Positions 39,250-49,254 of a stretch of 64,000 nucleotides of DNA are shown here, one piece after another; positions within the stretch are counted from its first letter, which is position 1; the number at the start of each line of letters is the position of its first letter. The DNA comes from Anaerolineae bacterium (GTDB lineage Bacteria > Chloroflexota > Anaerolineae > UBA1429). Location: contig OY776562.1 of NCBI GenBank assembly GCA_963675785.1, positions 2,496,001 to 2,560,000 on the forward strand. The letters are read 5' to 3'. The position numbers and the translations under genes are program-made. Below the pieces are notes generated by a model. It was not told the DNA's origin. It did not search any database and saw only the letters and a program-made list of their open reading frames with translations.

Positions 39250-39980
39250 TAGGCCTGACTTTCTACTTTTTCAAGAACATCTAAAGCGTGATCCTCTCCG
39301 CTCTCAATGGCAAGTGTGCGCTCGGCGTAGACACCTCGGTATGATTCAGGCAGGTTGAGTGCAATCTTGAGCATGATCAAATCAGACAGGGCTTGAAGTT
39401 GAGCAGTAGATGGCTTTTGCAATTGGGGCAAATAAAAGGGCTCCCCCACTACCACATGGCACACCGGGCGCCGCAGGTGTTTCCATTCTCCAATGCGCTC
39501 GACACCCCATTGGGCTACGGGCACAATAGGCACACGGTCGCGCTGAGCGATAAAAGCGATGCCCGGGCGCGCCATTTGCATCTGACTCGTTTTGCTGCGC
39601 GTTCCTTCTGGCGCAATAACCAGCGGATAGCCGCTATCCAAAGCTTTGAACGAGTCCTTGAGTGCCTGACGATCTACCTCACCTCGTTTGATAAAGATAG
39701 AACCTATCTGCTTTAAAAGCCAGCCAGCAATGCCCCGGTCCCGCCACTTGTCGGCAGCAAAAGGCACGACCTGCCTCTTTGTAACCGGGGCCATGACAAT
39801 AGTATCAAACATGTGCAAATGGTTAAAGGCCAGAATGATAGGTCCTTCTTGGGGTACATTTTCTGAACCTACTAGGCGATATTTGTATAGGAAATGGGCC
39901 AAAAAGCACAAGACTGCACGCCATGCGGCATACATATGTCGATTGACTTTCCATGCTGTTTGGGGCGGCTTGATACTCAT
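39249..39980 (-). CDS. plsC: 1-acyl-sn-glycerol-3-phosphate acyltransferase (PlsC family)
   Basis: NHLHMFD, FIKR, APEGTRS, VPIVPV. Confidence 0.85.
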   Translation of the reverse strand: MSIKPPQTAWKVNRHMYAAWRAVLCFLAHFLYKYRLVGSENVPQEGPIILAFNHLHMFDTIVMAPVTKRQVVPFAADKWRDRGIAGWLLKQIGSIFIKRGEVDRQALKDSFKALDSGYPLVIAPEGTRSKTSQMQMARPGIAFIAQRDRVPIVPVAQWGVERIGEWKHLRRPVCHVVVGEPFYLPQLQKPSTAQLQALSDLIMLKIALNLPESYRGVYAERTLAIESGEDHALDVLEKVESQA

Positions 39981-40202
39981 TCGTCACTTTCCTCTTGAAA
40001 TACAAGCTCCATTGTACCACAACGGACCATGCACCATGAATAACACCAATTTTATTACAGTTCTTAACATTGATTCTGGCGCAGCAATCTGATATGTTAA
40101 GTTCAGGCGTGCCTTGCTGATTTCACGTTCCACACGCCTCCGTCCATTGTTGATGAAAGAGTCGCTTTTTCTAATCTATCATCCCTTGCAGGAGGCCCTC
40201 CC

Positions 40203-41219
40203 ATGTTCAAACCACTGAATCAAAAACTTACTCTGATCATTGCCCTCATCACTGTCGCCACACTCATCGTCTCCGGCTGCGGTCTGGCCCAACCTGGTAT
40301 CGGCTATCAGGGCGTGCTAACCGACGCATCCGGACAACCTGTTCCCGATGGTACCTATGATATGGAATTTCGATTGTACGAGATCAACTATGAAGGCAAC
40401 CCTCTCGACCCTGATGTTGTGCCCAATCAAGTGTTTACCTATACAGCTTCTGTAGAGGTAACTGATGGCGTATTCGATGTTGTCATCGGCGATACGACAA
40501 CTCCCCTGCCCGTAGACAAGATGGGGCAAGAGATGGAACTAGAGATCGCCGTGGACAACGGCTCTAGCTATGAGACCCTTTCCCCCCGCCAACCCCTCGT
40601 TGGCGCACCTTATGCCTTTAGCCTCTATCCCGGTGCCTGCATCACCGATGTTACAACCGTTGAGGGACCGGCACTCACCATTTCCAAAGACAGCACGCTG
40701 GGGCCTGCACTACTGTTGGATGGCAAGTTAACGTCAACAGAATACTCTTACACCTGGATAAACCCCCTCTCTACCGTGGAAGAGGGAACCGCCGATCTGT
40801 TCACCTTTTACTACTCGGGATCTTCGGACTTGCGCATCAACGCCACGAGCGGCGGTACAGATTCAGATATTTTGATCCCCCTCGATGTGCCGGGCACCTT
40901 GCTGGGCCAGGACGTCACCCTAGATAGCGTTCGTTTATATTATGGCTGTTCAGGAGATTGTTCTGCCACACAAACACGCATTCGCAGCATCTACCTCAAC
41001 CGAGCCAGTTCAGCGTCCGCTGGTGCACTAACAGCGATTGATGATGCTGTTGGTATCAATGTATACGCCAGTAACAGCTCTTACTCACTTGGCAGCCTTG
41101 CTGAACCCCTCGGTTCAGATTCACTACAAAGCCTGGTGCTGCGTGTCTATCTTTACTTTCTGGATACAAACGACTATATTTATATCCGCGGTGTCAGACT
41201 GGGCTTTACCCACCAGTAA
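40203..41219 (+). CDS. Secreted protein or lipoprotein with a YQG..TD..G.P N-terminal domain
   Basis: Signal peptide with VSGC; GYQGVLTDASGQPVPDGTYDMEFRLY...PRQPLVGAPYA. Confidence 0.75.
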   Translation: MFKPLNQKLTLIIALITVATLIVSGCGLAQPGIGYQGVLTDASGQPVPDGTYDMEFRLYEINYEGNPLDPDVVPNQVFTYTASVEVTDGVFDVVIGDTTTPLPVDKMGQEMELEIAVDNGSSYETLSPRQPLVGAPYAFSLYPGACITDVTTVEGPALTISKDSTLGPALLLDGKLTSTEYSYTWINPLSTVEEGTADLFTFYYSGSSDLRINATSGGTDSDILIPLDVPGTLLGQDVTLDSVRLYYGCSGDCSATQTRIRSIYLNRASSASAGALTAIDDAVGINVYASNSSYSLGSLAEPLGSDSLQSLVLRVYLYFLDTNDYIYIRGVRLGFTHQ

Positions 41220-41230
41220 GGAGAGAAACA

Positions 41231-41515
41231 ATGAAATATGCCAAAATAGCATTCTTGGCGATGGTTCTCTTGCTGCTGGTTACCACCACCGTCAGCGCCG
41301 ATGCACCCTACAAGATCACGCTGTACCAGTTTCACGGCACTGGCGAGACCACGCTGTCTAGTGCCAGCTTTGGTCTGCAGGGTACCGTCACCTGGACGGG
41401 TATGGGGCAAACGAGCAGCGGAAGCTATGTGCTCACTTCTGGATTTTATCCGGCCGTAGTGATCAAGTCGCAATACAAGATATACGTCCCCCTGACCGTG
41501 AAAAACGCCACATAG
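41231..41515 (+). CDS. Small secreted protein with a C-terminal YxPL tail
   Basis: Signal peptide; SSGSYVLTSGF; ends YKIYVPLTVKNAT. Confidence 0.75.
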   Translation: MKYAKIAFLAMVLLLLVTTTVSADAPYKITLYQFHGTGETTLSSASFGLQGTVTWTGMGQTSSGSYVLTSGFYPAVVIKSQYKIYVPLTVKNAT

Positions 41516-41532
41516 AACACCTTGAATCCCTT

Positions 41533-41565
41533 ACGAGCCAGACGCAGGTCTGGCTCGTTTGCTTT
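41533..41565 (+). terminator. Intrinsic terminator
   Basis: ACGAGCCAGAC-GCAG-GTCTGGCTCGT plus TTGCTTT. Confidence 0.75.
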
Positions 41566-41613
41566 GCTGCTTCATCCTACTAGAATGACGCCATCTTACG
41601 GAAAGGATGCTCC

Positions 41614-42474
41614 ATGCTACGTGTTATCTTGGATTTTGATGGCACTCTCACGGCGGAAGAAAAACAAGCAGCCGACCTTGCTCGACTTTCTATCCACACC
41701 CTGGCCAGTGATATCCTCCACATTTCTGAAGGTGTGGTTAGCGAGGCATATGAAAGCACCAAAAAACGCTTGCTGGCGCGTCCACGTGATTACGCCTGGA
41801 TAGTCAATGGTCTTGTCGCTTCGTACTGCGACGAGGGTTCCTTTATACTCAACACAACCACGCTGCAAACGATGCTCTCGGAGAACGAAGACTATCTCAA
41901 AGCTGTGCAAGCAGCTTTTCCCAATCCCGAATATGATGCTGTGGCCGATTGCACCAACTATTTATTCCACAAGCACACACCCACTCTGGTACCAGAATTC
42001 AGGCCTCACGCCATGGACACGCTCGTCTATTTGCAAGGACAGTCCCATATAGAGCCTCTCATCCTGACAAACTCACTCGGTGACAAGGTGGCCCATTTCT
42101 TGCAGGGCGCCTCTTTAGCAAAAGCACCGCGCATTCTGGGAGATACGCGCCAGTATGATATGGCCCCGGATTGGCGATTACCGGGGCATACCGAGCAGTC
42201 AGAAACCTTTGTATTTGGGTATCCGGTGGACTTGAGGCGGCCCGCCTATTACGCAGCCCTTATGAGCGAATCGCGTGACGGTAGCCAGCTCATGGTCGTG
42301 GCTGATACATTCTCATTACCAGGCGCCTTGCCATTGGTGTTGGGGATTCCTTTTGTGCTGATACATACCGCCTACACGCCCGCCTGGTGCGTTCAAGCAG
42401 CAAGTGAACATCCTTTGGGCTATGTCATCAAAGATCTAGCCGAGATCGTCACCATTGCAGAAAACATGTGCTAG
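41614..42474 (+). CDS. HAD-like hydrolase
   Basis: VILDFDGTL motif I, ILTNS motif II. Confidence 0.7.
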   Translation: MLRVILDFDGTLTAEEKQAADLARLSIHTLASDILHISEGVVSEAYESTKKRLLARPRDYAWIVNGLVASYCDEGSFILNTTTLQTMLSENEDYLKAVQAAFPNPEYDAVADCTNYLFHKHTPTLVPEFRPHAMDTLVYLQGQSHIEPLILTNSLGDKVAHFLQGASLAKAPRILGDTRQYDMAPDWRLPGHTEQSETFVFGYPVDLRRPAYYAALMSESRDGSQLMVVADTFSLPGALPLVLGIPFVLIHTAYTPAWCVQAASEHPLGYVIKDLAEIVTIAENMC

Positions 42475-42620
42475 TGAACGGCGAAACTGCCAGATTGAAC
42501 TTTGACCACGGCTTGCTGGCGTTGTGAATCACATTGGCATAGTTAGCATCAAAGAATGCTGGGCGCCAATAGTTGCCCATTCAGAACGGTATTGTGCTCA
42601 TACAGAGGAGAGTCATTGAT

Positions 42621-43781
42621 ATGAAGATTACGGATATAAAACCCTATCCTGTTTGGGTGGGGCACCGCAATCAAATGCTGGTCAAGATCGAGACGGATGA
42701 AGGCATCTACGGCTGGGGTGAAGCTGGCGTCTCAGGGCGTGAATTGGCCGTGGCCGGCGCCGTGCAACACTATCGCGAGTTCCTCATTGGCCGCGACCCC
42801 ATGCGCATCGACGCATTGTGGCAAGAGATGTACCGCAGCCAGTACTTTGAGGGAGGGCGCATCCTTACCGGTGCCATCTCGGCCATCGACATTGCCTTGT
42901 ACGACATCGTGGGCAAAAAGCTGGGGGTACCAGTGTATCAGCTGCTAGGCGGCAAGCATCGTGATGCTATTCCCTGTTTTGCCACGGTGGGTGCCAATAA
43001 TGAAGAACAACTCATCCACGATGTAGGCCTGCTCCTCGAAAACGGCTGGCACACGGTACGTACTGGCGTTCCCAATCCCCTGGCAGCGGAGGATGCACAG
43101 CTCTTTGAACCACGCGAATCGTTGGCCCTGGCTGCCGATTGGCTCACAGCTGTGCGTAAAGCATATGGTTCGCGGTTAGTGTTAGGCATCGATTTTCACC
43201 ACCGGCTCAACGTCGCCGAAACGGCCTCATTTTGCCAGCGTATGCCCACTGGCACTCTCGATTTTCTCGAAGAGCCCATCCGGGACGAGTGCCCTTCAGC
43301 TTATGCCGCCCTGCGCAGCATGACGGGCGTGCCTATGGCCATTGGCGAAGAGTTTGCCAGCAAATGGCAGTTCCTGCCCTATATCGAGCAAGGGCTTACG
43401 AACTATGCTCGGGTTGACGTTTGTAATATAGGTGGCCTGACCGAAGCTAAAAAAGTGGCTGGCTGGGCCGAAGCACACTATATCGACCTCATGCCCCATA
43501 ACCCCCTGGGGCCTATCTGTACCGCCGCGACTGTGCACCTGGGAGCGGCAGTGACCAATTTTTCCTGGTTGGAAGTGCGCTACAGCCCGACAGAAAACCT
43601 GCAAACCAGCAGCAGTGAGATTTTCCCGCAGCTCTTGGAACTCGACGGCGACACCATCCCCGTGCCCGATCGTCCCGGCCTAGGTGTAGAAGTCAATGAG
43701 GAATATATCAAGGCACAGAGCTTTGCCTATTGGGAAGCACCCCATCTGCACCGCCGTGATGGTTCATACACAAACTGGTAG
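42621..43781 (+). CDS. Mandelate racemase/enolase superfamily acid-sugar dehydratase (DgoD/ManD-like)
   Basis: ETDEGIYGWGE, SAIDIALYDI, IDFHHR, FLEEP, IGEE, PHNP. Confidence 0.88.
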   Translation: MKITDIKPYPVWVGHRNQMLVKIETDEGIYGWGEAGVSGRELAVAGAVQHYREFLIGRDPMRIDALWQEMYRSQYFEGGRILTGAISAIDIALYDIVGKKLGVPVYQLLGGKHRDAIPCFATVGANNEEQLIHDVGLLLENGWHTVRTGVPNPLAAEDAQLFEPRESLALAADWLTAVRKAYGSRLVLGIDFHHRLNVAETASFCQRMPTGTLDFLEEPIRDECPSAYAALRSMTGVPMAIGEEFASKWQFLPYIEQGLTNYARVDVCNIGGLTEAKKVAGWAEAHYIDLMPHNPLGPICTAATVHLGAAVTNFSWLEVRYSPTENLQTSSSEIFPQLLELDGDTIPVPDRPGLGVEVNEEYIKAQSFAYWEAPHLHRRDGSYTNW

Positions 43782-43809
43782 ACCACAACAACACGAATCC
43801 CAAAACAAA

Positions 43810-43835
43810 AAAGGGCAGCCATCAGGCTGCCCTTT
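43810..43835. terminator. Bidirectional terminator
   Basis: AAAGGGCAGCC-ATCA-GGCTGCCCTTT between convergent genes. Confidence 0.8.
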
Positions 43836-43848
43836 CACTATCTAAAAC

Positions 43849-44886
43849 TTAGCATGCTTTAACTGGTGCAAAAGCCTGCTTGCAATTGGAGCGATATATG
43901 GCAGAAAGCACGTCAATCGCTTTCCGTCCCTCTTCGCCGGTGATCATGGGGTCGCGATCCTCAAGAATGGCCTGGATATAGTCCTCAATGGCCAGCCCAT
44001 GGCTGGAACCATAATAGGCCTTACCTACCGCATCGCCACCCGAAAATCCATTGACGGGGATTGCTGGCAATTCAGCGCCATCCATGGTCTCAAAGGCCGT
44101 AATCTCTTGGCCTTCGATCGTAATGGACCCGCGCGTCCCAATTACATCCACCGAAACATCCTTGGAGGGATAGGCGCAATTGGTGGCATAAAAACTGCCG
44201 ATGGCCCCAGAGCTATAACGCAGCACAATGGAAGCCACATCCTCGACTTCGATGGTCGGGTGCCCAAGAGTACCTACGCTTGCCATCACACCGGACACTT
44301 TGCCACCCAGATAAAGCACCAGATCCAGTGTATGGATCGCCTGATTGATGAGCACGCCGCCGCCCTCGGTAGACCACTTGCCGCGCCAGGGGCTGTCATC
44401 ATAATACTCGGGAGCACGATACCATTCGCAGGTTCCGTGAATGCTCACAATATCGCCGAGAAGACCCTGCTCAATTGCCGTTTTGGCTTGCTGCGTGGCA
44501 GGGTTGAAACGGTTCTGAAAACAAACAGCGAATTTAACACCTGCTTCGCGGCAGGCCATAATGGCATCCGTAGCCTCTTGCGAGTTCATGGCCATGGGCT
44601 TTTCTGTCATTACATGCTTGCCAGCCCGGGCAGCATCCACCGTCATGGGCACGTGCAGATAATGGGGAGTACAAATGGAAACAGAATCGATATCGTCTCT
44701 CTCAAAAATCTTGCTAGCATCGGTGTACCAATCAGGAACACCAAACCGTTCTGCAAAAGCCTGCGCCCGTTCAGGGATGATATCACAACACGCTACCAAC
44801 TCGGCGGTATCCAGTGCACTCAAAACAGCACCATGAACGGGACCTATCACACCACAACCTATCACAGCACATCTTACTCGTCGCAC
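43849..44886 (-). CDS. Gfo/Idh/MocA family oxidoreductase
   Basis: VIGCGVIG, CTPHYLH, EKPMA, GGGVLINQAIH.LD; GTG start with GGAGG SD. Confidence 0.92.
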   Translation of the reverse strand: MRRVRCAVIGCGVIGPVHGAVLSALDTAELVACCDIIPERAQAFAERFGVPDWYTDASKIFERDDIDSVSICTPHYLHVPMTVDAARAGKHVMTEKPMAMNSQEATDAIMACREAGVKFAVCFQNRFNPATQQAKTAIEQGLLGDIVSIHGTCEWYRAPEYYDDSPWRGKWSTEGGGVLINQAIHTLDLVLYLGGKVSGVMASVGTLGHPTIEVEDVASIVLRYSSGAIGSFYATNCAYPSKDVSVDVIGTRGSITIEGQEITAFETMDGAELPAIPVNGFSGGDAVGKAYYGSSHGLAIEDYIQAILEDRDPMITGEEGRKAIDVLSAIYRSNCKQAFAPVKAC

Positions 44887-45026
44887 GTTACGCAACCTCC
44901 GTGCTCTGCAGCCAATTGTTAAAGCATAGGCTTTAGCCGCTGCCGAGTCAAAAGTTTCTCCGAAATCAACAGAAATACCGGCCCCGCCCTGAAACGGGCG
45001 GGGCAGTATATTGCACTCATTCAGCT

Positions 45027-47582
45027 CTAGTTGGAAAAGTCCAAACGCAAAGCCCAATCCAAAAAGCGTAGTTCCATCACGTCATCACCTGCCTTATACT
45101 GGCAGTAGATGCTGTCACAGTGCTTTTCAAAGCGGAGCGGCTGCTCTTCGCCAGCTACCATGAACGGCCCTTCCCAGCCAAAGGAGACGGGCTGATCACG
45201 CAGGCCTGTATAATTGACGCTCAGACCATCGTAAGTGATCTCAGCACCCAGAACCTTTTCCTGGAACTCTTCAAAGGTGCCATCCTCCGAAGCACGCCCC
45301 ATCTGCACAAGCCAGATATTCTCGTTACCATGAGAGCAAAGTTCGCGATAAGCGTTCTGCCCTAGAGTTGTTTCTTCCAGGCCATTCTTGGCAGTAATGG
45401 CCAAGTAGCCATCGTTCTTTTTGGCAAAGGCCCAACCATCGCGGATGGCATGTTCATCAAAAGCATATTCAGGGAAATAGGCATGGGTATATCCCATCCA
45501 ATCATTCTCATCGAACTTGTGCACCGATACAAGGACATCCTTGTACTGTGCAGTACGCGGCAGAATATAGTTACCATGCCAATAGTTCGGGCGATGTGAA
45601 CCTTTCTCACTGACACAGGTCGGATGGGTTACAAACACCACCGCATCAGGGCCCATAGTGGCTTGCCAGATGTGTTGTTGAAATCCCTTTTCACCCGAAT
45701 AATAATCCTGCGCCGAAGCCAGCATGTAATCTGCCGTCTTGTACAAGACTTTATGGACACCCTTGAGACCGGCTATCTCTGTGGGATCACCGCTGTCTAC
45801 ATTTTGAGTCTCACGAGACCAAACATCGACGTCGTCAACAGCGATTGCATAGATGAGATCACTGAACTCGTAATTCTTGGTTGCGCACAGTGAAACAAAC
45901 CCACGCATATTTTCGTTGAAACAGCCCATGCCCCATAGCAACCGACTCACGCCGCTGGTACCTTCTCGCCGAGATCCTTTGATATAAGGCGTATAAGAGC
46001 GTCCATGAGTCGATCCAAAGGCACCCTTGTAGGAGTTTAAAGCCAGCGTAAAGAACAGCTTGTCTAGCACTACGGCAGCCATCTCGGCCACCTCTTCATT
46101 CTCGGCTAGATCGACCAAATGCGAAAGAGCGAGAATATCCTCTTCGAAATAAACATTGGAATCCCACTCGCTGAAACCATAGCGCGCCCGTTGCTGAAGC
46201 CAGGCCATAGCCCGCTCTTCACCCAAGGTACGATGCCAAGCACCATTCTGGTTCACATTGCTGAAATTCTCATCGGGATAGAGCTGGCCAGCGAGAATCT
46301 CACAAGTATGAAAGAGGATCGAATGGTTCTCAGTGCGAAAGCACATAGCATCCGAGCCAGGTTCTTCGTCCCAGTAACGGAAATTGAGTGCACTCTCTTT
46401 GATCTTGCCTTTGAGTTCCTCAGGGAAAGAAGGATGGGCAAAGTACCGATAGACCATGCCCAAAAGACCCACAAGATCAAAATCACTGCAATCGCCCCGA
46501 TCATTGATCCGTTCGATAGAGGCCTCGAGCACTTCAGGATGCAGGTTCTTCCAGACGCCGAGTTCCATCTTGGCAACCTCGGCATATAGATTCTTTTCCC
46601 GAAATGCGCTGGCCTTAAGAGCCTCGATACGGCGGGTGGCATAAGTGCCATAAGCCTCTTCAGAAAACTTGTTGCGGAAAGAATAGATATTTCGCTTGCG
46701 CAGTACCCGCAACCCCTTTTCATAGTACTCTTCCGGGGGTGCCATGAGCCAGAGCTCAAACTCACTCTCGGGCAACTCATAAGCCTTGACCATTTTTTGG
46801 CTCTTGCCGCTGATGGCAGCTGGATGCGCTTCAGCATAGATTCGACCATCAGGACGCTGTATGCGGATGCCAATCTTGCTGGAAATGCCCATATCCTCAC
46901 CAAAGAGGATTTCGACATCCTCACCACTGACGAAGACATCGCGATCAAAATAGCACTTGTCAAGGATTTGCTCGAGCATCAAACGCCGTCCAATGGCCTC
47001 GTTTGGGGTAGGAATACGCACAGGACGTATGGGGTGTTCCAACCCACGAATCTGCAAAGCCATGACATAAGGGCATTCGCGCGCAGCAACTTCTTCAAAA
47101 CGGATCAGAATGTCGTTCTTACCATCCTTAAAGGTGGCAGTAAACGTTACCCGGTTGGGGTCTTGGTGATAAAAATGCTCCTGGCGATGCACATGTTCAT
47201 CATTGATCCAGATATCCGCCGGACCATTGGTAGTAAGCTCACACTCGAGTGTTTGCTCGCCATTTGCCAGCACAGTCGCAAAAGCCCAAGAGCGCAAATA
47301 GTGCGTCGTATGATAGAAAGAAGTTTGATCCACAAAATGGTCCGCAAGGCAGTGGCAAAAGTTCCATTTAAGATCTGGTAATTCCTCAGAAACGGGCTTT
47401 CGCTCGACGATCTCGACAGTCACACCAGACTCGGAGGTATAGTAGTGACGGGCGATCTGCAGCTTGAAATCAGCCCCCTGGAATTGATCCAGGTCCTCAA
47501 CCTCGATCGCCTGCGGGCCAGCGACGAGCCAGTCGTGGATATAGCCGTCCTGAAGCTCGTACTCGACCTGGTACTTTTTCAT
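45027..47582 (-). CDS. Large hypothetical protein; possibly a polysaccharide-lyase-like alpha-toroid plus beta-sandwich
   Basis: ~850-aa ORF with host-like codon use; TENH, GFSEWDSNVY, STHGRSY, QQHIWQA; sugar-catabolic context. Confidence 0.7.
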   Translation of the reverse strand: MKKYQVEYELQDGYIHDWLVAGPQAIEVEDLDQFQGADFKLQIARHYYTSESGVTVEIVERKPVSEELPDLKWNFCHCLADHFVDQTSFYHTTHYLRSWAFATVLANGEQTLECELTTNGPADIWINDEHVHRQEHFYHQDPNRVTFTATFKDGKNDILIRFEEVAARECPYVMALQIRGLEHPIRPVRIPTPNEAIGRRLMLEQILDKCYFDRDVFVSGEDVEILFGEDMGISSKIGIRIQRPDGRIYAEAHPAAISGKSQKMVKAYELPESEFELWLMAPPEEYYEKGLRVLRKRNIYSFRNKFSEEAYGTYATRRIEALKASAFREKNLYAEVAKMELGVWKNLHPEVLEASIERINDRGDCSDFDLVGLLGMVYRYFAHPSFPEELKGKIKESALNFRYWDEEPGSDAMCFRTENHSILFHTCEILAGQLYPDENFSNVNQNGAWHRTLGEERAMAWLQQRARYGFSEWDSNVYFEEDILALSHLVDLAENEEVAEMAAVVLDKLFFTLALNSYKGAFGSTHGRSYTPYIKGSRREGTSGVSRLLWGMGCFNENMRGFVSLCATKNYEFSDLIYAIAVDDVDVWSRETQNVDSGDPTEIAGLKGVHKVLYKTADYMLASAQDYYSGEKGFQQHIWQATMGPDAVVFVTHPTCVSEKGSHRPNYWHGNYILPRTAQYKDVLVSVHKFDENDWMGYTHAYFPEYAFDEHAIRDGWAFAKKNDGYLAITAKNGLEETTLGQNAYRELCSHGNENIWLVQMGRASEDGTFEEFQEKVLGAEITYDGLSVNYTGLRDQPVSFGWEGPFMVAGEEQPLRFEKHCDSIYCQYKAGDDVMELRFLDWALRLDFSN

Positions 47583-47703
47583 GAGCTGCAACTCCTCTAC
47601 GATTCGATCAGCAACGATCGTTATGGATTATACCAGTCCATTAACAGCTTGAAAACCTAGCGTTATCATATGGTACTAAGCATGTGAGAACTGGTCGAAT
47701 TCG

Positions 47704-47781
47704 GCATTTCTATCTACTGGTAATGGCCAATACCCTTTCCAATAGATAGAAATGCGGAGCACGGCCCGAGCCGTGCTCCGC
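47704..47781 (-). terminator. Tandem hairpins downstream of the GH4 gene
   Basis: GCGGAGCACGGC/GCCGTGCTCCGC (47754-47781) and GCATTTCTATCTA/TAGATAGAAATGC (47704-47755). Confidence 0.65.
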
Positions 47782-47792
47782 TCTTGCCTAAC

Positions 47793-49172
47793 TTACCAGT
47801 TCTTGGGCCAGGAAAAGTGCTCGTTAATATCTTGAATCTGCTTGGCCGGCTCATTACGCGGCAAGCTAAAGACCGCATCCAAAGCCTCCAAAGCCTGATC
47901 ATAAGAGCGAGTCTGATGGTCTTGGAGAATACCATAGAGGAGCATGGACTTGTCGCCGGAAAGTACGGCTTCCAGTTCAAGCTCCATCCGCAGCCAATTG
48001 GGGTAAATCCGCTCGAGCATGACCTTGGCAGGAAGGGGCTCGACACGAATTGGCAACACGCCCTTGATATTGACGATGGCCGGCACTTCAACTGCCACGT
48101 CATCAGGGATGCCGGGCAACGCGCCATAGTTCGGAATATTGACCTGGAACTGGCCTTCGTTGTCGTTTACCAGGGCATCGATGATACCGATATGCTGTTC
48201 GCGTGTCTTCTCAGAGCCAAAGAGGTCAACCGGGCGAACCTTGGCATCGTAAGCTGCCGTCTTCATCTCAGCGTACTTTGCTTCCTTGTCCAACAAGATC
48301 TTGTTGCGACCTTCGGGCGTATCGCCAGCGCCACTGCCACCATACCAACGTTTTCTGTTTTCGGCGCTTTCGGTCGCCCACCAGCCACCGGTACGCGGCG
48401 TATCACCAATGGGCATAAGACCCATCATCTTGTATTGCCAAATGGCGGCAGGTGACATCTGGTAACCGACCTCCTCGCCTGCAGCAGCCTTGGCCGCCCA
48501 ATAATCCTCAGCCTCGTTGGCGATCCACTCATCCAGGCGAGGATACAAATCCTGGCCTTTGTAATAAAAGTGGGTCAGCCAGATATTGTGGTTGAGGCCC
48601 GGAGCCTGCCATGTGATGTTTTCCACATCTTCAATGCCCAGAGTACGAGCAACTGATTGATAGCCATAGTGCCCGTGGCATAGACCAATCATCTTGATGT
48701 CCGTCTCGCGCGTGACCAGTGTGGTGCAATCGAACACGGGGTTACCTGCCAGAATCATCCAGGCATCCGGGCAAAAACGCTCCATGTCCTGGCCAACTTC
48801 GAGCATGAGTTGAAGGTTGTAGTATTCCGGCATGCCTGCGCTGGTGCTGTAATAATATCCCAGCTTGGCAAGAGCCTCGCGGGCAGCCTTCATCTGATAC
48901 TCGTTGTGTGAGATGGTGGCCGTGTTGATGACAAAATCGGCACCTTCGAAAGCTGCTTGTCGACAGGTCGTCTTTTCAAACTTGAGATTGGCGCCCAGGT
49001 CTTCGGCGTAGCGCTTGGCCAGCTGATAGACCACATCCAGCTTTTCTTCGTCGATATCCATAAAGCAGACTGTGCTGTCCGACAGTCCCTTGGTAAGGCA
49101 GAGGTCTTTGACCAAAGCCAGAGAAAATACCACGCTACCAGCACCGAAAACTGTAATCTTGGTTGAGGACAT
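47793..49172 (-). CDS. GH4 alpha-glucosidase/alpha-glucuronidase-like
   Basis: FGAGSVVF, AGNPV, GLCHGH, GLNHNIW, PIGDT.R, EQH. Confidence 0.88.
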   Translation of the reverse strand: MSSTKITVFGAGSVVFSLALVKDLCLTKGLSDSTVCFMDIDEEKLDVVYQLAKRYAEDLGANLKFEKTTCRQAAFEGADFVINTATISHNEYQMKAAREALAKLGYYYSTSAGMPEYYNLQLMLEVGQDMERFCPDAWMILAGNPVFDCTTLVTRETDIKMIGLCHGHYGYQSVARTLGIEDVENITWQAPGLNHNIWLTHFYYKGQDLYPRLDEWIANEAEDYWAAKAAAGEEVGYQMSPAAIWQYKMMGLMPIGDTPRTGGWWATESAENRKRWYGGSGAGDTPEGRNKILLDKEAKYAEMKTAAYDAKVRPVDLFGSEKTREQHIGIIDALVNDNEGQFQVNIPNYGALPGIPDDVAVEVPAIVNIKGVLPIRVEPLPAKVMLERIYPNWLRMELELEAVLSGDKSMLLYGILQDHQTRSYDQALEALDAVFSLPRNEPAKQIQDINEHFSWPKNW

Positions 49173-49254
49173 GATTGATCATCTCCTTTAGTGACCAGGC
49201 CTATCCTGGTCGAAGGTGTTATACTGCAAATAACTTTGATGAAAGGAGCAGGAA

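Noticed and set aside
43999-44922. Long antisense ORFs (e.g. 43999..44922, 27583..28233, 52852..53580)
   Set aside because: Shadow frames opposite well-supported genes in GC-rich DNA, with no motifs
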